From an uncultured Atribacterota bacterium (GTDB lineage Bacteria; Atribacterota; Phoenicimicrobiia; Phoenicimicrobiales; Stramentimicrobiaceae), in assembly GCA_964404675.1 (NCBI GenBank), contig CAYOLB010000294.1, positions 1 through 47,298 of the forward strand: a stretch of 47,298 bases of DNA, given 5' to 3'. Below, piece by piece: positions 9,277 to 18,770 of this stretch. How positions within the stretch are numbered: the first letter of the stretch is position 1; every line of letters begins with the position of its first letter. The position numbers and the translations under genes were made by a program. The notes under the pieces are model-generated. The model saw only the letters and a program-made list of their open reading frames with translations. It was not told where the DNA came from and did not search any database.

Positions 9277-9978
9277 ATGTCGTATATGTATAGAATAAAA
9301 TACAGCAAAGATGGTCCTTTGAAATATGTTTCACATCTGAATTTGAACACCTTATTTTGCCGGACATTACGAAGGGCACGGATTCCGGTAGAATTAACAC
9401 AGGGTTTTAACCCCAGATTCAAGATATCTTTTGGCCCTGCTTTACCTCTTGGATTTGCCGGTTGGGAAGAAGTATTGGATATTAATTTAATAAGAGAGCA
9501 AGATAGTGAGCAGATAAAAGAGATAATTAATCAATATGTACCTGTAGGTCTTAAGATACGAGAAGTCATGCCGATTTCTGAAAAAGAAGGTAATTTAAGC
9601 AGTATTTTAAGATATGCTATTTATCTTGTAGAATTGCATTTAGGAGAATTTGAAATAAATTTTAGTAAGGAAGATGTGAACGATTACTTTAAAACAAAAA
9701 TTGGCCTCTTTTTGGAACAAAAAAATATTTTAATTGAAAAGAACACCAAAAAAGGCTATAAAGAAGTTGATTTGAGACCTTATATTGAAAACATGGAAAT
9801 TATTTCAATTCAAGATAATTTAATATCTATTCTATTGACAGTGGATATACAATACAAAGGAAGCATTAACCCAGTTTTGATAATTAATGAATTTCTTAAT
9901 GGACTGGGCAAAAAAGATATTTATACTAATAGTATAATTAGAAAAGGTTTTAATAGTAATAAGAAAATAGTAAAATAA
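9277..9978 (+). CDS. TIGR03936-family radical SAM-associated protein (DUF2344)
   Basis: YSK.G.LKYVSHL, TQGFNP..KISFGPALPLG, DLRPYI; abuts the radical SAM gene. Confidence 0.85.
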   Translation: MSYMYRIKYSKDGPLKYVSHLNLNTLFCRTLRRARIPVELTQGFNPRFKISFGPALPLGFAGWEEVLDINLIREQDSEQIKEIINQYVPVGLKIREVMPISEKEGNLSSILRYAIYLVELHLGEFEINFSKEDVNDYFKTKIGLFLEQKNILIEKNTKKGYKEVDLRPYIENMEIISIQDNLISILLTVDIQYKGSINPVLIINEFLNGLGKKDIYTNSIIRKGFNSNKKIVK

Positions 9979-10060
9979 TTATGATAAAAAAAGTTTTACT
10001 ATTTTTTATTTCTATTTATAATTTATTTTAAAAATTTCAGAGGAAGGTGATACCTGAAAA

Positions 10061-11563
10061 ATGCAGTACAAAGGAAAACAAGTTATTATTGATAGTGGCT
10101 TGAGTGAAGAACGTGTTGCTATCTTAGAAAATAACAAATTAGTTGAGATACATATTGAAAGGTTGGAAGACCGAAAGATTATCGGTAATATTTACAAGGG
10201 TAAGGTAATGAACGTTTTACCTGGAATAGAGGCAGCATTTATTGATATTGGTATTGATAGAAATGCATTTCTGCATTTAAATGACCTGGATCAATCTTTC
10301 GGAAATCAGAATGGCAAATCTGCTGAAGTAAAAGAAATGATTAAAATAGGTCAGGAGATTGATGTACAAGTTGTGAAAGAAGCAATTATACCAAAGGGTG
10401 CAAGGGTTACCACAAATATAAGTCTGCCTGGTCGTTACCTGGTTTTAATGCCCAATAATAATGGAATTGCTGTTTCTAGGAGAATCGAGCAAGAAGAAGA
10501 AAAAGAGAGATTAAAGAAAATCTTACAAAAAAACAAGAAAAATAAATTTGGTTTTATTGTAAGAACAGCAGGGGTAGGCAAAGACGAAAGTGATTTTATC
10601 CCTGATATGGACTTGTTGATAAGGTTATGGAATAAAATTCAAAGAAGAAGTCGAAGAGTAGAAGCACCCATGTTACTTCATGAAGATTTAAATTTGACTT
10701 ATAGAGTTATACGAGACTTGTTTACAGAGGATATCGATGAATTTGTAGTTAATTCGAAAAAAGAATATCAGGAAATTATCAATTTTCTTGATACACTTTT
10801 ATTGCTTGATTTGAAGCCGCGCGTTTCTTATTATGATGGGGATAAACCAATTTTTGAAGAATACAATATTGAAAAAGAGATAAATCGTGCCTTAGAGAAA
10901 AAAGTATGGCTGAAGTGTGGCGGTTATCTGGTATTTGATGAAGTGGAAGCCTTAACGGTTATTGATGTGAATACTGGCAAGTATGTCGGTGGCAAAAAAA
11001 TGAAAAATACAATTTTAAAAACAAATTTACAGGCTGCTGAGGAAATAGCCAGGCAATTAAGACTGAGAGATATTGGTGGTATTATAGTTATTGATTTTAT
11101 TGATATGGATAACAAGGAAGACCAAGAAAAGGTGATAAAAAAATTAGAGGAAGCCTTGAAAAAAGATAAGACCAAATCAAACATTGTTCAAACAACTGAG
11201 TTAGGTCTTGTTGAAATGACACGGAAACGTTCCAAGAGAGACTTGGATTCACTGTTGCGGACCTCATGCCCTTATTGTTCAGGCAATGGTAGAATTTTAT
11301 CTGCAGAAACAGTAAGCAACCAGGTTATTCATAAGCTGGAAGATTTGAGTAAGCATTCCAAGGCTGAGGCAATATTGTTGGGAGTACATCCAAAAGTAGA
11401 AGAAGAATTATCTGCCAGTAAGATGATGCTTATTAAGCAATTGGAACGAGATTATCATAAGGCTATTTATATTAAAGTATTAAATGACATTCATTTGGAG
11501 AAAATAAAGGTTATTGCTGTAGGGAGAAAAAAGGAAGTAAAAAAGATGGTAAAAATGCTTTAA
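10061..11563 (+). CDS. rng: Rne/Rng family ribonuclease (RNase G-like)
   Basis: GNIYKGKV..VLPG..AAFIDIG S1 domain, IDVNTG, RQLRLRDIGGIIVIDFIDM, CPYC.G.G. Confidence 0.92.
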   Translation: MQYKGKQVIIDSGLSEERVAILENNKLVEIHIERLEDRKIIGNIYKGKVMNVLPGIEAAFIDIGIDRNAFLHLNDLDQSFGNQNGKSAEVKEMIKIGQEIDVQVVKEAIIPKGARVTTNISLPGRYLVLMPNNNGIAVSRRIEQEEEKERLKKILQKNKKNKFGFIVRTAGVGKDESDFIPDMDLLIRLWNKIQRRSRRVEAPMLLHEDLNLTYRVIRDLFTEDIDEFVVNSKKEYQEIINFLDTLLLLDLKPRVSYYDGDKPIFEEYNIEKEINRALEKKVWLKCGGYLVFDEVEALTVIDVNTGKYVGGKKMKNTILKTNLQAAEEIARQLRLRDIGGIIVIDFIDMDNKEDQEKVIKKLEEALKKDKTKSNIVQTTELGLVEMTRKRSKRDLDSLLRTSCPYCSGNGRILSAETVSNQVIHKLEDLSKHSKAEAILLGVHPKVEEELSASKMMLIKQLERDYHKAIYIKVLNDIHLEKIKVIAVGRKKEVKKMVKML

Positions 11564-11627
11564 AAGACATAGTATGTGCCGGAAGATTGTTGAGATACAC
11601 AAGAATTTTATTATCTATAAAAATGAT

Positions 11628-11656
11628 TTGACATGAATTGCTATATATGATAAATT
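11628..11656 (+). promoter_or_regulatory. sigma70/sigmaA promoter of rplU-rpmA
   Basis: TTGACA-N17-TAAATT with extended TGn. Confidence 0.65.
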
Positions 11657-11664
11657 TTATAAGC

Positions 11665-11716
11665 TAAGTGACGCACTGCATAGGTAAAAAAGCTATAGGC
11701 TGCCTATTCGGGCGAT
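11665..11716 (+). ncRNA. Putative L21 leader cis-regulatory RNA
   Basis: GC-rich 5' UTR of rplU, CGCAC...ATAGG...CCTAT..CGGGCGA with nested pairing; resembles the Firmicutes L21 leader from memory. Confidence 0.55.
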
Positions 11717-11742
11717 TTTTGAAAGTAGGAGGAAAACACTAA

Positions 11743-12060
11743 ATGCACGCAGTTATTGCAACTGGAGGGAAACAGTACTTAGTAGAAGAAGGAAATATTA
11801 TAAAGGTAGAAAAACTTGAAGCCAAGAAAGGTGATAAGGTCAAATTTGATGAAGTATTGCTTTTGGAAAAAGATGGCGAATATCAAATTGGACAGCCCTT
11901 GGTTAAAAATAGTTTTGTAGAAGGTCAGGTTTTGAAACAGGGACGTGATAAAAAAATTGTAGTTTTCAAATATAAACCAAAGAAAAAATACCAAAAGAAG
12001 ATTGGTCATAGACAGTCTTTTACAGAAGTAAAGATTGAAAAAATTGCTGAGGGTAAATAA
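11743..12060 (+). CDS. rplU: 50S ribosomal protein L21
   Basis: AVIATGGKQY, KIVVFKYKPKK, GHRQ; AGGAGG RBS. Confidence 0.97.
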   Translation: MHAVIATGGKQYLVEEGNIIKVEKLEAKKGDKVKFDEVLLLEKDGEYQIGQPLVKNSFVEGQVLKQGRDKKIVVFKYKPKKKYQKKIGHRQSFTEVKIEKIAEGK

Positions 12061-12107
12061 GATATCAATAAGTTGAAGCTATAGCTTTTAAAGAGAGGTG
12101 AGATTAT

Positions 12108-12368
12108 ATGGCTCATAAAAAAGGACAGGGTTCAGCTAAGAACGGTCGCGATAGTATATCGAAACGTTTAGGAGTAAAGAAGTTTGGCGGTCAGCTGGTA
12201 AAAAGCGGTAATATTCTTATTAGACAAAGAGGAACTCGAATATTGCCTGGTAAAAATGTAGGCCGTGGTAATGATGATACGCTATTCGCTTTAATCGATG
12301 GTTATGTTGAATTTAAAAACAGGGGAAGTAATAGAAAACAGGTTTCTGTTAATGCAACAGAAAGCTAG
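12108..12368 (+). CDS. rpmA: 50S ribosomal protein L27
   Basis: [26 protein letters not shown]. Confidence 0.97.
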   Translation: MAHKKGQGSAKNGRDSISKRLGVKKFGGQLVKSGNILIRQRGTRILPGKNVGRGNDDTLFALIDGYVEFKNRGSNRKQVSVNATES

Positions 12369-12391
12369 TATTTTTTTTAGAAATAGTTTAT

Positions 12392-12423
12392 ACCCTGGGT
12401 TTCGAAAAAACTCAGGGTTTTTT
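12392..12423 (+). terminator. Rho-independent terminator after rpmA
   Basis: ACCCTGGGTTT-CGAAA-AAACTCAGGGT stem (one G-U pair) followed by a T run. Confidence 0.75.
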
Positions 12424-12467
12424 ACTATTAGGATAAAATTTTATGACTAACAAAGAGAAGGATTACA

Positions 12468-13760
12468 ATGTTTTCGGATAAAGTTATTATTAATGTAAAA
12501 GCTGGCAAAGGTGGTGACGGAGCGGTAAGTTTTCGAAGGGAGCGTTTTATACCTAAGGGTGGTCCTGATGGTGGTGATGGTGGAAAGGGTGGAGATGTCT
12601 TCATCCAGGCTGATTCACATACCAAAACTTTAATACAGCTTTATCGTAAACCACATTGTAATGCAGAAGATGGTGAAAGAGGGAGAGGACAGAAAAAAAA
12701 TGGCAAGGAAGGCCAGGATTTACTGCTTCAAGTACCATTAGGCACTATTGTGGAAGACCTGGAGAAGAATAAAATTGTTGCGGATCTTTCTAATGCAGGA
12801 GACAAGATATGTGTAGCCAGAGGTGGAATGGGAGGAAAAGGGAATTACCGTTTTAGGGGTTCACAAAGACAGGTGCCAAACTTTTCCCAAAAAGGAGAGC
12901 CAGGAGAAGAAGTAAAGCTTAAGCTGAATCTAAAACTTATTGCTGATGCAGGTCTTGTAGGATTTCCAAATGCAGGTAAATCAACTCTTCTTGCGCGTGT
13001 TTCTGCTGCTAAACCAAAGATTGCAGATTATCCTTTTACTACTGTTGAGCCTAATTTGGGAGTAGTGCAAGTTGATGAGGAGAATTCCTTTGTTCTTGCT
13101 GATATTCCTGGTCTGATAGAAGGTGCTCACACAGGTGTTGGAATGGGTACACGTTTTTTAAAACATATAGAGAGAACCAAAGTGTTGGTACATCTTATTG
13201 ATGGTGTCCAAATAACATCAGAAAACCTTTTTCAAAATTATCAAATTATTGAAAATGAATTGACACAATATGCTAATTTTTTATTAGAAAAGGAAAAAGT
13301 TGTGGTTATAAATAAATGTGACTTACCAGAGGTAGCAAGAAAAAAGGAATGGATAAAAGAAGAATTTTTGAAAAAAGGTATTGATGTTTCCTTTATTTCA
13401 GCTGTACAGGGACAGGGTGTGCAGGAGCTTATTTATAAATTATATAATTTGATTATTGCCGTAGATACAAAAGAAAGAAATAAAGAACAATCAGTGGAAA
13501 AACAAAGAGAGGAAAAGAAAATACCCGTTTATAAATATAAACCTGAATTTACCATTAAAAAAATGAATGATTTCTTTATTGTTGAAAGTGAAAAAATGGA
13601 GAAAATGGTTAACCAGTATGATTTAGATAATCCCCAGGCGTTACAATATTTGCAAAAAATACTTAAGAGTATAGGTATAGAAAAAGCTCTAAAAAGAGAA
13701 GGCATAACTGAAGGTGATCGAGTGAAAATTGGTGATAAGGATTTTTACTTTTACTCATAG
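12468..13760 (+). CDS. obgE: GTPase ObgE/CgtA with C-terminal OCT domain
   Basis: Gly-rich Obg fold, GFPNAGKS, YPFTT, DIPG, NKCD; C-terminal GIEKAL..GI.EGD.V.IG. Confidence 0.96.
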   Translation: MFSDKVIINVKAGKGGDGAVSFRRERFIPKGGPDGGDGGKGGDVFIQADSHTKTLIQLYRKPHCNAEDGERGRGQKKNGKEGQDLLLQVPLGTIVEDLEKNKIVADLSNAGDKICVARGGMGGKGNYRFRGSQRQVPNFSQKGEPGEEVKLKLNLKLIADAGLVGFPNAGKSTLLARVSAAKPKIADYPFTTVEPNLGVVQVDEENSFVLADIPGLIEGAHTGVGMGTRFLKHIERTKVLVHLIDGVQITSENLFQNYQIIENELTQYANFLLEKEKVVVINKCDLPEVARKKEWIKEEFLKKGIDVSFISAVQGQGVQELIYKLYNLIIAVDTKERNKEQSVEKQREEKKIPVYKYKPEFTIKKMNDFFIVESEKMEKMVNQYDLDNPQALQYLQKILKSIGIEKALKREGITEGDRVKIGDKDFYFYS

Positions 13761-13790
13761 ATACTGTATAATATTATGTAAAATAAAAAA

Positions 13791-13816
13791 TTTACTTTTT
13801 TGTTAAAAAAAGTAAA
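13791..13816. terminator. AT-rich inverted repeat between obgE and the TPR gene (possible terminator or operator)
   Basis: TTTACTTTTTT-GTTA-AAAAAAGTAAA, 11-bp perfect arms. Confidence 0.3.
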
Positions 13817-13844
13817 GAATATTAAAAAATAAATTAGGAAAAAA

Positions 13845-16800
13845 ATGGCTTCTTTATCTATTCTTATTAAAAAATACATTGATAAGCAAACTAGATTTAA
13901 TTTACTAAATTGGGCAATTGTTGCTGTAATAATTTTTTTGTTATCAGGAGCAAACGCTCTTGGTTCAGAAGAACCCTCTATTGCGGTTTATTATTTTCAT
14001 AATCAAAGCGGAAAAGATGATTTGGAATGGTTAGAAGAAAATTTGGCTGTTTCAATGGGTCAAACATTATCAAAAATTGAACAGATATCTTATATTCCAT
14101 TATCCGAAGCGGAGAGTATTGCTGATTATCAGCAATACAAAGATATGGTCCAGAAGAAAGACTCAATGTTGTTCGGCCAATTGGCAAATTTGCTGCAAGC
14201 TGATTTAATTTTTTCGGGTAATTATTACCAGGAAGAAAAAGACCAGATTGATCTGGACCTGTTAATGTATTCGACCTCCGAGGGTTACTTGGTTGAATTT
14301 CGTAGAATGTCAGCTCCTCTGGACGATTTGTACGATTTAAAGGAAAGAGTAATCAGGATTATTTTGCAGGAATCCGGTATTGATCCAGACAGAGTTCCTT
14401 TGGAGACTATTATAGAAGCTGATATTGTTGAAATAGAGACAGATGTAGCCGAAGAAGAGGTGTCTGATATATTTACCATCGAAGAACCTCTTGTCGAAGA
14501 ACCTCGCAGGGACCTTGCACAAATTGCATCGCTTTTTCTGGATGGGCAATCAGCTTCAGAGTATTATCAGAAAGCAATAGAGTTAAAGGAAAAAGCTATT
14601 TTGGAATATGGGGGAGCTGATTATCCCAGTAAACCTTTGTGGAATGAGGCAATTCAGAACGCAACAAAAGCTGTTGAGCTAGACCCTGATTTTGCTGATG
14701 GTTATTACCTGTTATATGAGATTTATCGAAAAACAAAGTGGATTGCCCGGGAAATAGAAAGTCTGGAACTATATGTTGATACTGTGCAGAGAACTGGTAA
14801 ACAGGTTAATAATACAGAATTTTCTATATTACTTACCAGGCTTGCTCATTTAAAATATAATGCCGGTGAAGTTTCATCTGCTATCTACTATTTAGAGGAG
14901 GCAATTTCATATAATAAAAACGATATTGATGCCCGGTCATATTTAGTGAGGATTTATTATGATACCGGACAGGAAACAAAGGCGTTGCAGCAGGCAGAAG
15001 AGATTAAAAGAATTCAACCGGAAAGCATTGAACTGGACTGGTTTGCAAGTAGAACACAAAGAATATCAATATTTGGCCGGCAAGCCTTTGAGAGTTATGA
15101 AAAAGGGTATAATTCTTATATTGTAAAAAATTACAGTGAGGCTATAAATTATTTAGAACAGGCAATTAGTATGGCTCCTGCATTTAAAGATGCCCATTAT
15201 TATTTAGGTTTAAGTTATTATCACTATGGAAATTTAGATGGAGCTATTCGTCATTGGGAAGAGGCCGTCAGGTTAGACACATTCGACAATCATGCCAGGA
15301 TTTATTTAAACAAAGCGCTTGAAGAAAAGGAATACGGGAGAGATGCTGTCTGGAAATTTAATGAGGGTTATGAGCACTATATAGCCGGCGAATACGAGGA
15401 CGCTTTAGCCGAATTCAAAGCATCCACTTACTTGAATCCTAATTTTGAAAAAGCAAGAACGTTTTTAATGCGCACATATTTCCATTTAGACCGGATGGAT
15501 GAATATGCGGAAGAGAGAAGAAGAATTGGGGAAAACGTTGAATATACTGGAGGAATGGAGAAAGAGTTTTACCAGTTAGGCTATGATTTTTACTCAATAG
15601 GCGATTACAAGGTAGCATTAGAAAAACTAAGGGAATCATTAGAGATAAATCCTGATTATTTAGAGGCAAGGTTTTTGATTGCTGAAACCCTTTACCAGCT
15701 AAAAGATTATCATGAAGCAAATGTTCATTATAAATATATAATTGATAATTACCCCAATAGTGAGTATTATGAAAATTCTTTATTGGGAAGTGGGTGGTGT
15801 TTATATTTACTTGAAGAATATCCCCAATCTGAAGAGTATCTAAAGCTGTTGATAGATAATTTTCCAAAAAGTTCTTTATATGAAGAGGGGATTTATAAAT
15901 TAGGAAGAGTCTATTTTGTTCAGGAGAAATACCCCCTTACAATACAGCTTTATGAGAACTTATTAGAATCAGAATCATTGGAATATGATTTGGTAGAGAT
16001 AAAATATGTCTTAGGTCAATCATATTTCTGGTTAGAAGACTATGAACAGTCAAAAAAATATCTGCTGGATATTATAGAGAATAATACAGATTTTAAACAG
16101 ATAGACGAGACAAGGTATTATTACAGCTTTACATTATTCAGGGAAGAAAAATATAACGAGGCTATGGGTGTTTTAGAGAAGTTGCTGGAGAAGGAAAACA
16201 GTCCAGTAGAAAATGAGGCAGCATATCTTTTAGGAAGGACATTGCTTGAGCAAAGAGAATATGATAGAGTTATTGAAATTAATAGTACTTTGATAGAAAA
16301 AGATGCAGTAGAAGAATACATATTGGAAAGAGCGTTATTTGATTTAGGTTTATCATATTCCAGGAAAGATGATGATGAAAAAGCAGTGCCCTATTTCGAG
16401 CGTGTTATTAAAGAATTTCCTAAGGGGGAACTTGCAGGCTTAAGTAAAATTGAGCTCGCTCAAAGCCTTTATCACCTTGGAAAATACCAGGATTCAATTG
16501 ATGTGTTGGAAAATACAAACACAAAAGAAGCCTGGGAAATTAAACTTGATTCTGCAACAAGACTGGGTGATGAAGAATTATTACTTTCATTATATGAAGA
16601 GGCTGAAGAGATATATCCTAATGGTGATTTATCTGTAGATGGGTTTTGTGCTCTGGCAAAAACACAATTTGAAAGCAATAAGTACCAGGAAGCAATTGAA
16701 ACCTTTAGCATGATTGAAGACATGAATATTACCGATCAGATGAGAATGGAAATAAATTACTGGAAAGGATTAAGTTTTTACAGACTGGCAGATTATAATC

Positions 16801-17561
16801 AGGCTAAAGATAATTTTCAGAAAGTTGATTATTTGGAAGAAAGCGAAATTTCCGCGAGATCTCTATATATGTTAGCTGAAACCTGTTATCAGCAGGCAGA
16901 CTTTAAGTCAGCAATTACTTATTATAAAGATTTTTTACAACACTACAGCACTCATTCATTAAGAGAACATGTCCAATACAGTATTGCCTGGAGTTACTTA
17001 AATGATAAAGATTATCCTAATGCATTGTTATCATTCCAGGAGCTCATACAGCAATATCCTGATAGTTCATTTATAGAGGAAAGCGTTTTTCTTACAGGAA
17101 AGATAAATTATTTAATATCTGATAATAATAATTCTAAGACCAAATTAACAGATTTTATTGATAAATATCCGAATAGTGAATATCTGGAAGAAGCTATCTT
17201 TATTATTGCTCAGGTTGAACTGGAAGAACAGCAATGGATTGACAGTATATTGTACTTTGAAAGGCTAATAAATAATTACCCTGATAGCAGATATATGCCC
17301 GGTTCTCTTTATGGGCTTTGTTTGAGCTATTATAAAAAAGAAGAATATAACAAGGCTGCTACTGTAGGTGAAAGGTATTTAAATTCCTACCCGGATGGTA
17401 CTTTTAAATGTGATATACTGTATATCTCTGCTATCAGCCAGCAGGAATTGGGAAACATAGATGAGGCATATAATTATTACACAAAGATTGTAAATGATTG
17501 TCCTGACAGCAGCTATTTAGACAGTGCTCAAGAACAATTAGATTATCTTAATACATTATAA
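13845..17561 (+). CDS. Large exported TPR protein with N-terminal TolB_N/CsgG-like domain and CpoB/BamD-like repeats
   Basis: Signal peptide; IAVYYF.N.SG..DL.WL...LA..LQADLIFSG.Y alpha/beta domain; many TPRs, the later ones with YP.S...EEA motifs. Confidence 0.8.
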   Translation: MASLSILIKKYIDKQTRFNLLNWAIVAVIIFLLSGANALGSEEPSIAVYYFHNQSGKDDLEWLEENLAVSMGQTLSKIEQISYIPLSEAESIADYQQYKDMVQKKDSMLFGQLANLLQADLIFSGNYYQEEKDQIDLDLLMYSTSEGYLVEFRRMSAPLDDLYDLKERVIRIILQESGIDPDRVPLETIIEADIVEIETDVAEEEVSDIFTIEEPLVEEPRRDLAQIASLFLDGQSASEYYQKAIELKEKAILEYGGADYPSKPLWNEAIQNATKAVELDPDFADGYYLLYEIYRKTKWIAREIESLELYVDTVQRTGKQVNNTEFSILLTRLAHLKYNAGEVSSAIYYLEEAISYNKNDIDARSYLVRIYYDTGQETKALQQAEEIKRIQPESIELDWFASRTQRISIFGRQAFESYEKGYNSYIVKNYSEAINYLEQAISMAPAFKDAHYYLGLSYYHYGNLDGAIRHWEEAVRLDTFDNHARIYLNKALEEKEYGRDAVWKFNEGYEHYIAGEYEDALAEFKASTYLNPNFEKARTFLMRTYFHLDRMDEYAEERRRIGENVEYTGGMEKEFYQLGYDFYSIGDYKVALEKLRESLEINPDYLEARFLIAETLYQLKDYHEANVHYKYIIDNYPNSEYYENSLLGSGWCLYLLEEYPQSEEYLKLLIDNFPKSSLYEEGIYKLGRVYFVQEKYPLTIQLYENLLESESLEYDLVEIKYVLGQSYFWLEDYEQSKKYLLDIIENNTDFKQIDETRYYYSFTLFREEKYNEAMGVLEKLLEKENSPVENEAAYLLGRTLLEQREYDRVIEINSTLIEKDAVEEYILERALFDLGLSYSRKDDDEKAVPYFERVIKEFPKGELAGLSKIELAQSLYHLGKYQDSIDVLENTNTKEAWEIKLDSATRLGDEELLLSLYEEAEEIYPNGDLSVDGFCALAKTQFESNKYQEAIETFSMIEDMNITDQMRMEINYWKGLSFYRLADYNQAKDNFQKVDYLEESEISARSLYMLAETCYQQADFKSAITYYKDFLQHYSTHSLREHVQYSIAWSYLNDKDYPNALLSFQELIQQYPDSSFIEESVFLTGKINYLISDNNNSKTKLTDFIDKYPNSEYLEEAIFIIAQVELEEQQWIDSILYFERLINNYPDSRYMPGSLYGLCLSYYKKEEYNKAATVGERYLNSYPDGTFKCDILYISAISQQELGNIDEAYNYYTKIVNDCPDSSYLDSAQEQLDYLNTL

Positions 17562-17678
17562 TGATGAATATTTTATTAAGATAGAAACATAACAAGATAA
17601 TTTTCAATACAAGAATAAATTAAGATTTAGAAAGAAATTAAAAAATTATTTATAGATAATAGAGGAGGCAACTATTTA

Positions 17679-18341
17679 ATGTTTGAACTATTTATTAAGG
17701 GCGGTTTCTTAATGTACCCGATTTTCTTCTGTTCTTTACTGGCTATTGCTATTTTTTTTGAAAGAATGTTTTACATGAAGAGTATAAAAACATCAACAAG
17801 AAAATTTGGCAATAGAATCAGTGATTTAATAAGAAAGGGGAACATTAATTATGCAATATCCGCTTGCAGAAAGAATATTACACCCATATCTCAGATAATT
17901 CTGGCAGCTCTATTAAAATATGGCAGTTCAAGGGATGAGATAAAGGAGACTATTGAAGACACTGCCAGACAAGAAGTTGATATATTAGAGAGAAATTTAC
18001 CTATCCTGGCGACTGTTGCCAATATTGCCCCATTATTAGGACTTTTGGGGACAGTTTTTGGTATGATAAAGGCGTTTCAAGTTGTTTCAGTTGTAGGTGT
18101 AGGTAATCCTGAAGCCTTAGCCGGAGGAATATCGGAAGCATTGCTGACAACTGCATTTGGTCTTTCTGTGGCTATTCCAACTATTGTTGCTTACAATTAC
18201 CTTACCCATCGGGTAGATAGGCAGATTAAGGAAATGGAATCCACATCTATAGAAATCCTGGAATTATTAACTATTGAAAAAGAGACAAAAGACGTTAAAG
18301 AGGAAGGTGTAAAAATAAATGAAATTCTCTCACGCCAATAA
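17679..18341 (+). CDS. exbB: MotA/TolQ/ExbB proton-channel protein
   Basis: GGFLMYPI, APLLGLLGTVFGMI.AF, LAGGISEALLTTAFGL..AIP; GAGGAGG RBS. Confidence 0.9.
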   Translation: MFELFIKGGFLMYPIFFCSLLAIAIFFERMFYMKSIKTSTRKFGNRISDLIRKGNINYAISACRKNITPISQIILAALLKYGSSRDEIKETIEDTARQEVDILERNLPILATVANIAPLLGLLGTVFGMIKAFQVVSVVGVGNPEALAGGISEALLTTAFGLSVAIPTIVAYNYLTHRVDRQIKEMESTSIEILELLTIEKETKDVKEEGVKINEILSRQ

Positions 18342-18729
18342 AAAAAGCATTGGTTTTGATATAACACCTCTAATAGATGTGGTTTTTTTATTACTTATCT
18401 TTTTCATGCTGACTACTACCTTTATAAATGTTGAAAGCGGTGTAAAAGTAGACCTTCCGAGCGGAGATTTTGCCGCAGTTGAAGAAAGGCAAAACCTTGT
18501 TGTTTCCATTACTGAAAATAATGTTCTATATCTAAATAACATGTTAATTAATCCTAATAATTTATCAGAACGCATAAGAGAAGAAATTGGCAATAATGTA
18601 GATTCATTGGTTGTATTGGAGGCAGATCAGAATATTAGTCATGGAAAAGTGGTTAGGGTAATGGATTTAATAAAAAAAGGCGGAGCTGAAAAAATTGCTA
18701 TTGCAACCAAGCCAATTGAAGAAAATTAA
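18319..18729 (+). CDS. exbD: ExbD/TolR biopolymer transport protein
   Basis: DITPLIDVVFLLLIFFM with the conserved Asp; VDLP; LEAD....HG.VV.VMD; overlaps exbB. Confidence 0.9.
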   Translation: MKFSHANKKSIGFDITPLIDVVFLLLIFFMLTTTFINVESGVKVDLPSGDFAAVEERQNLVVSITENNVLYLNNMLINPNNLSERIREEIGNNVDSLVVLEADQNISHGKVVRVMDLIKKGGAEKIAIATKPIEEN

Positions 18730-18770
18730 ATAATACTATTGAAAAAATTGTTAGAAAACAGGGTGACTAA

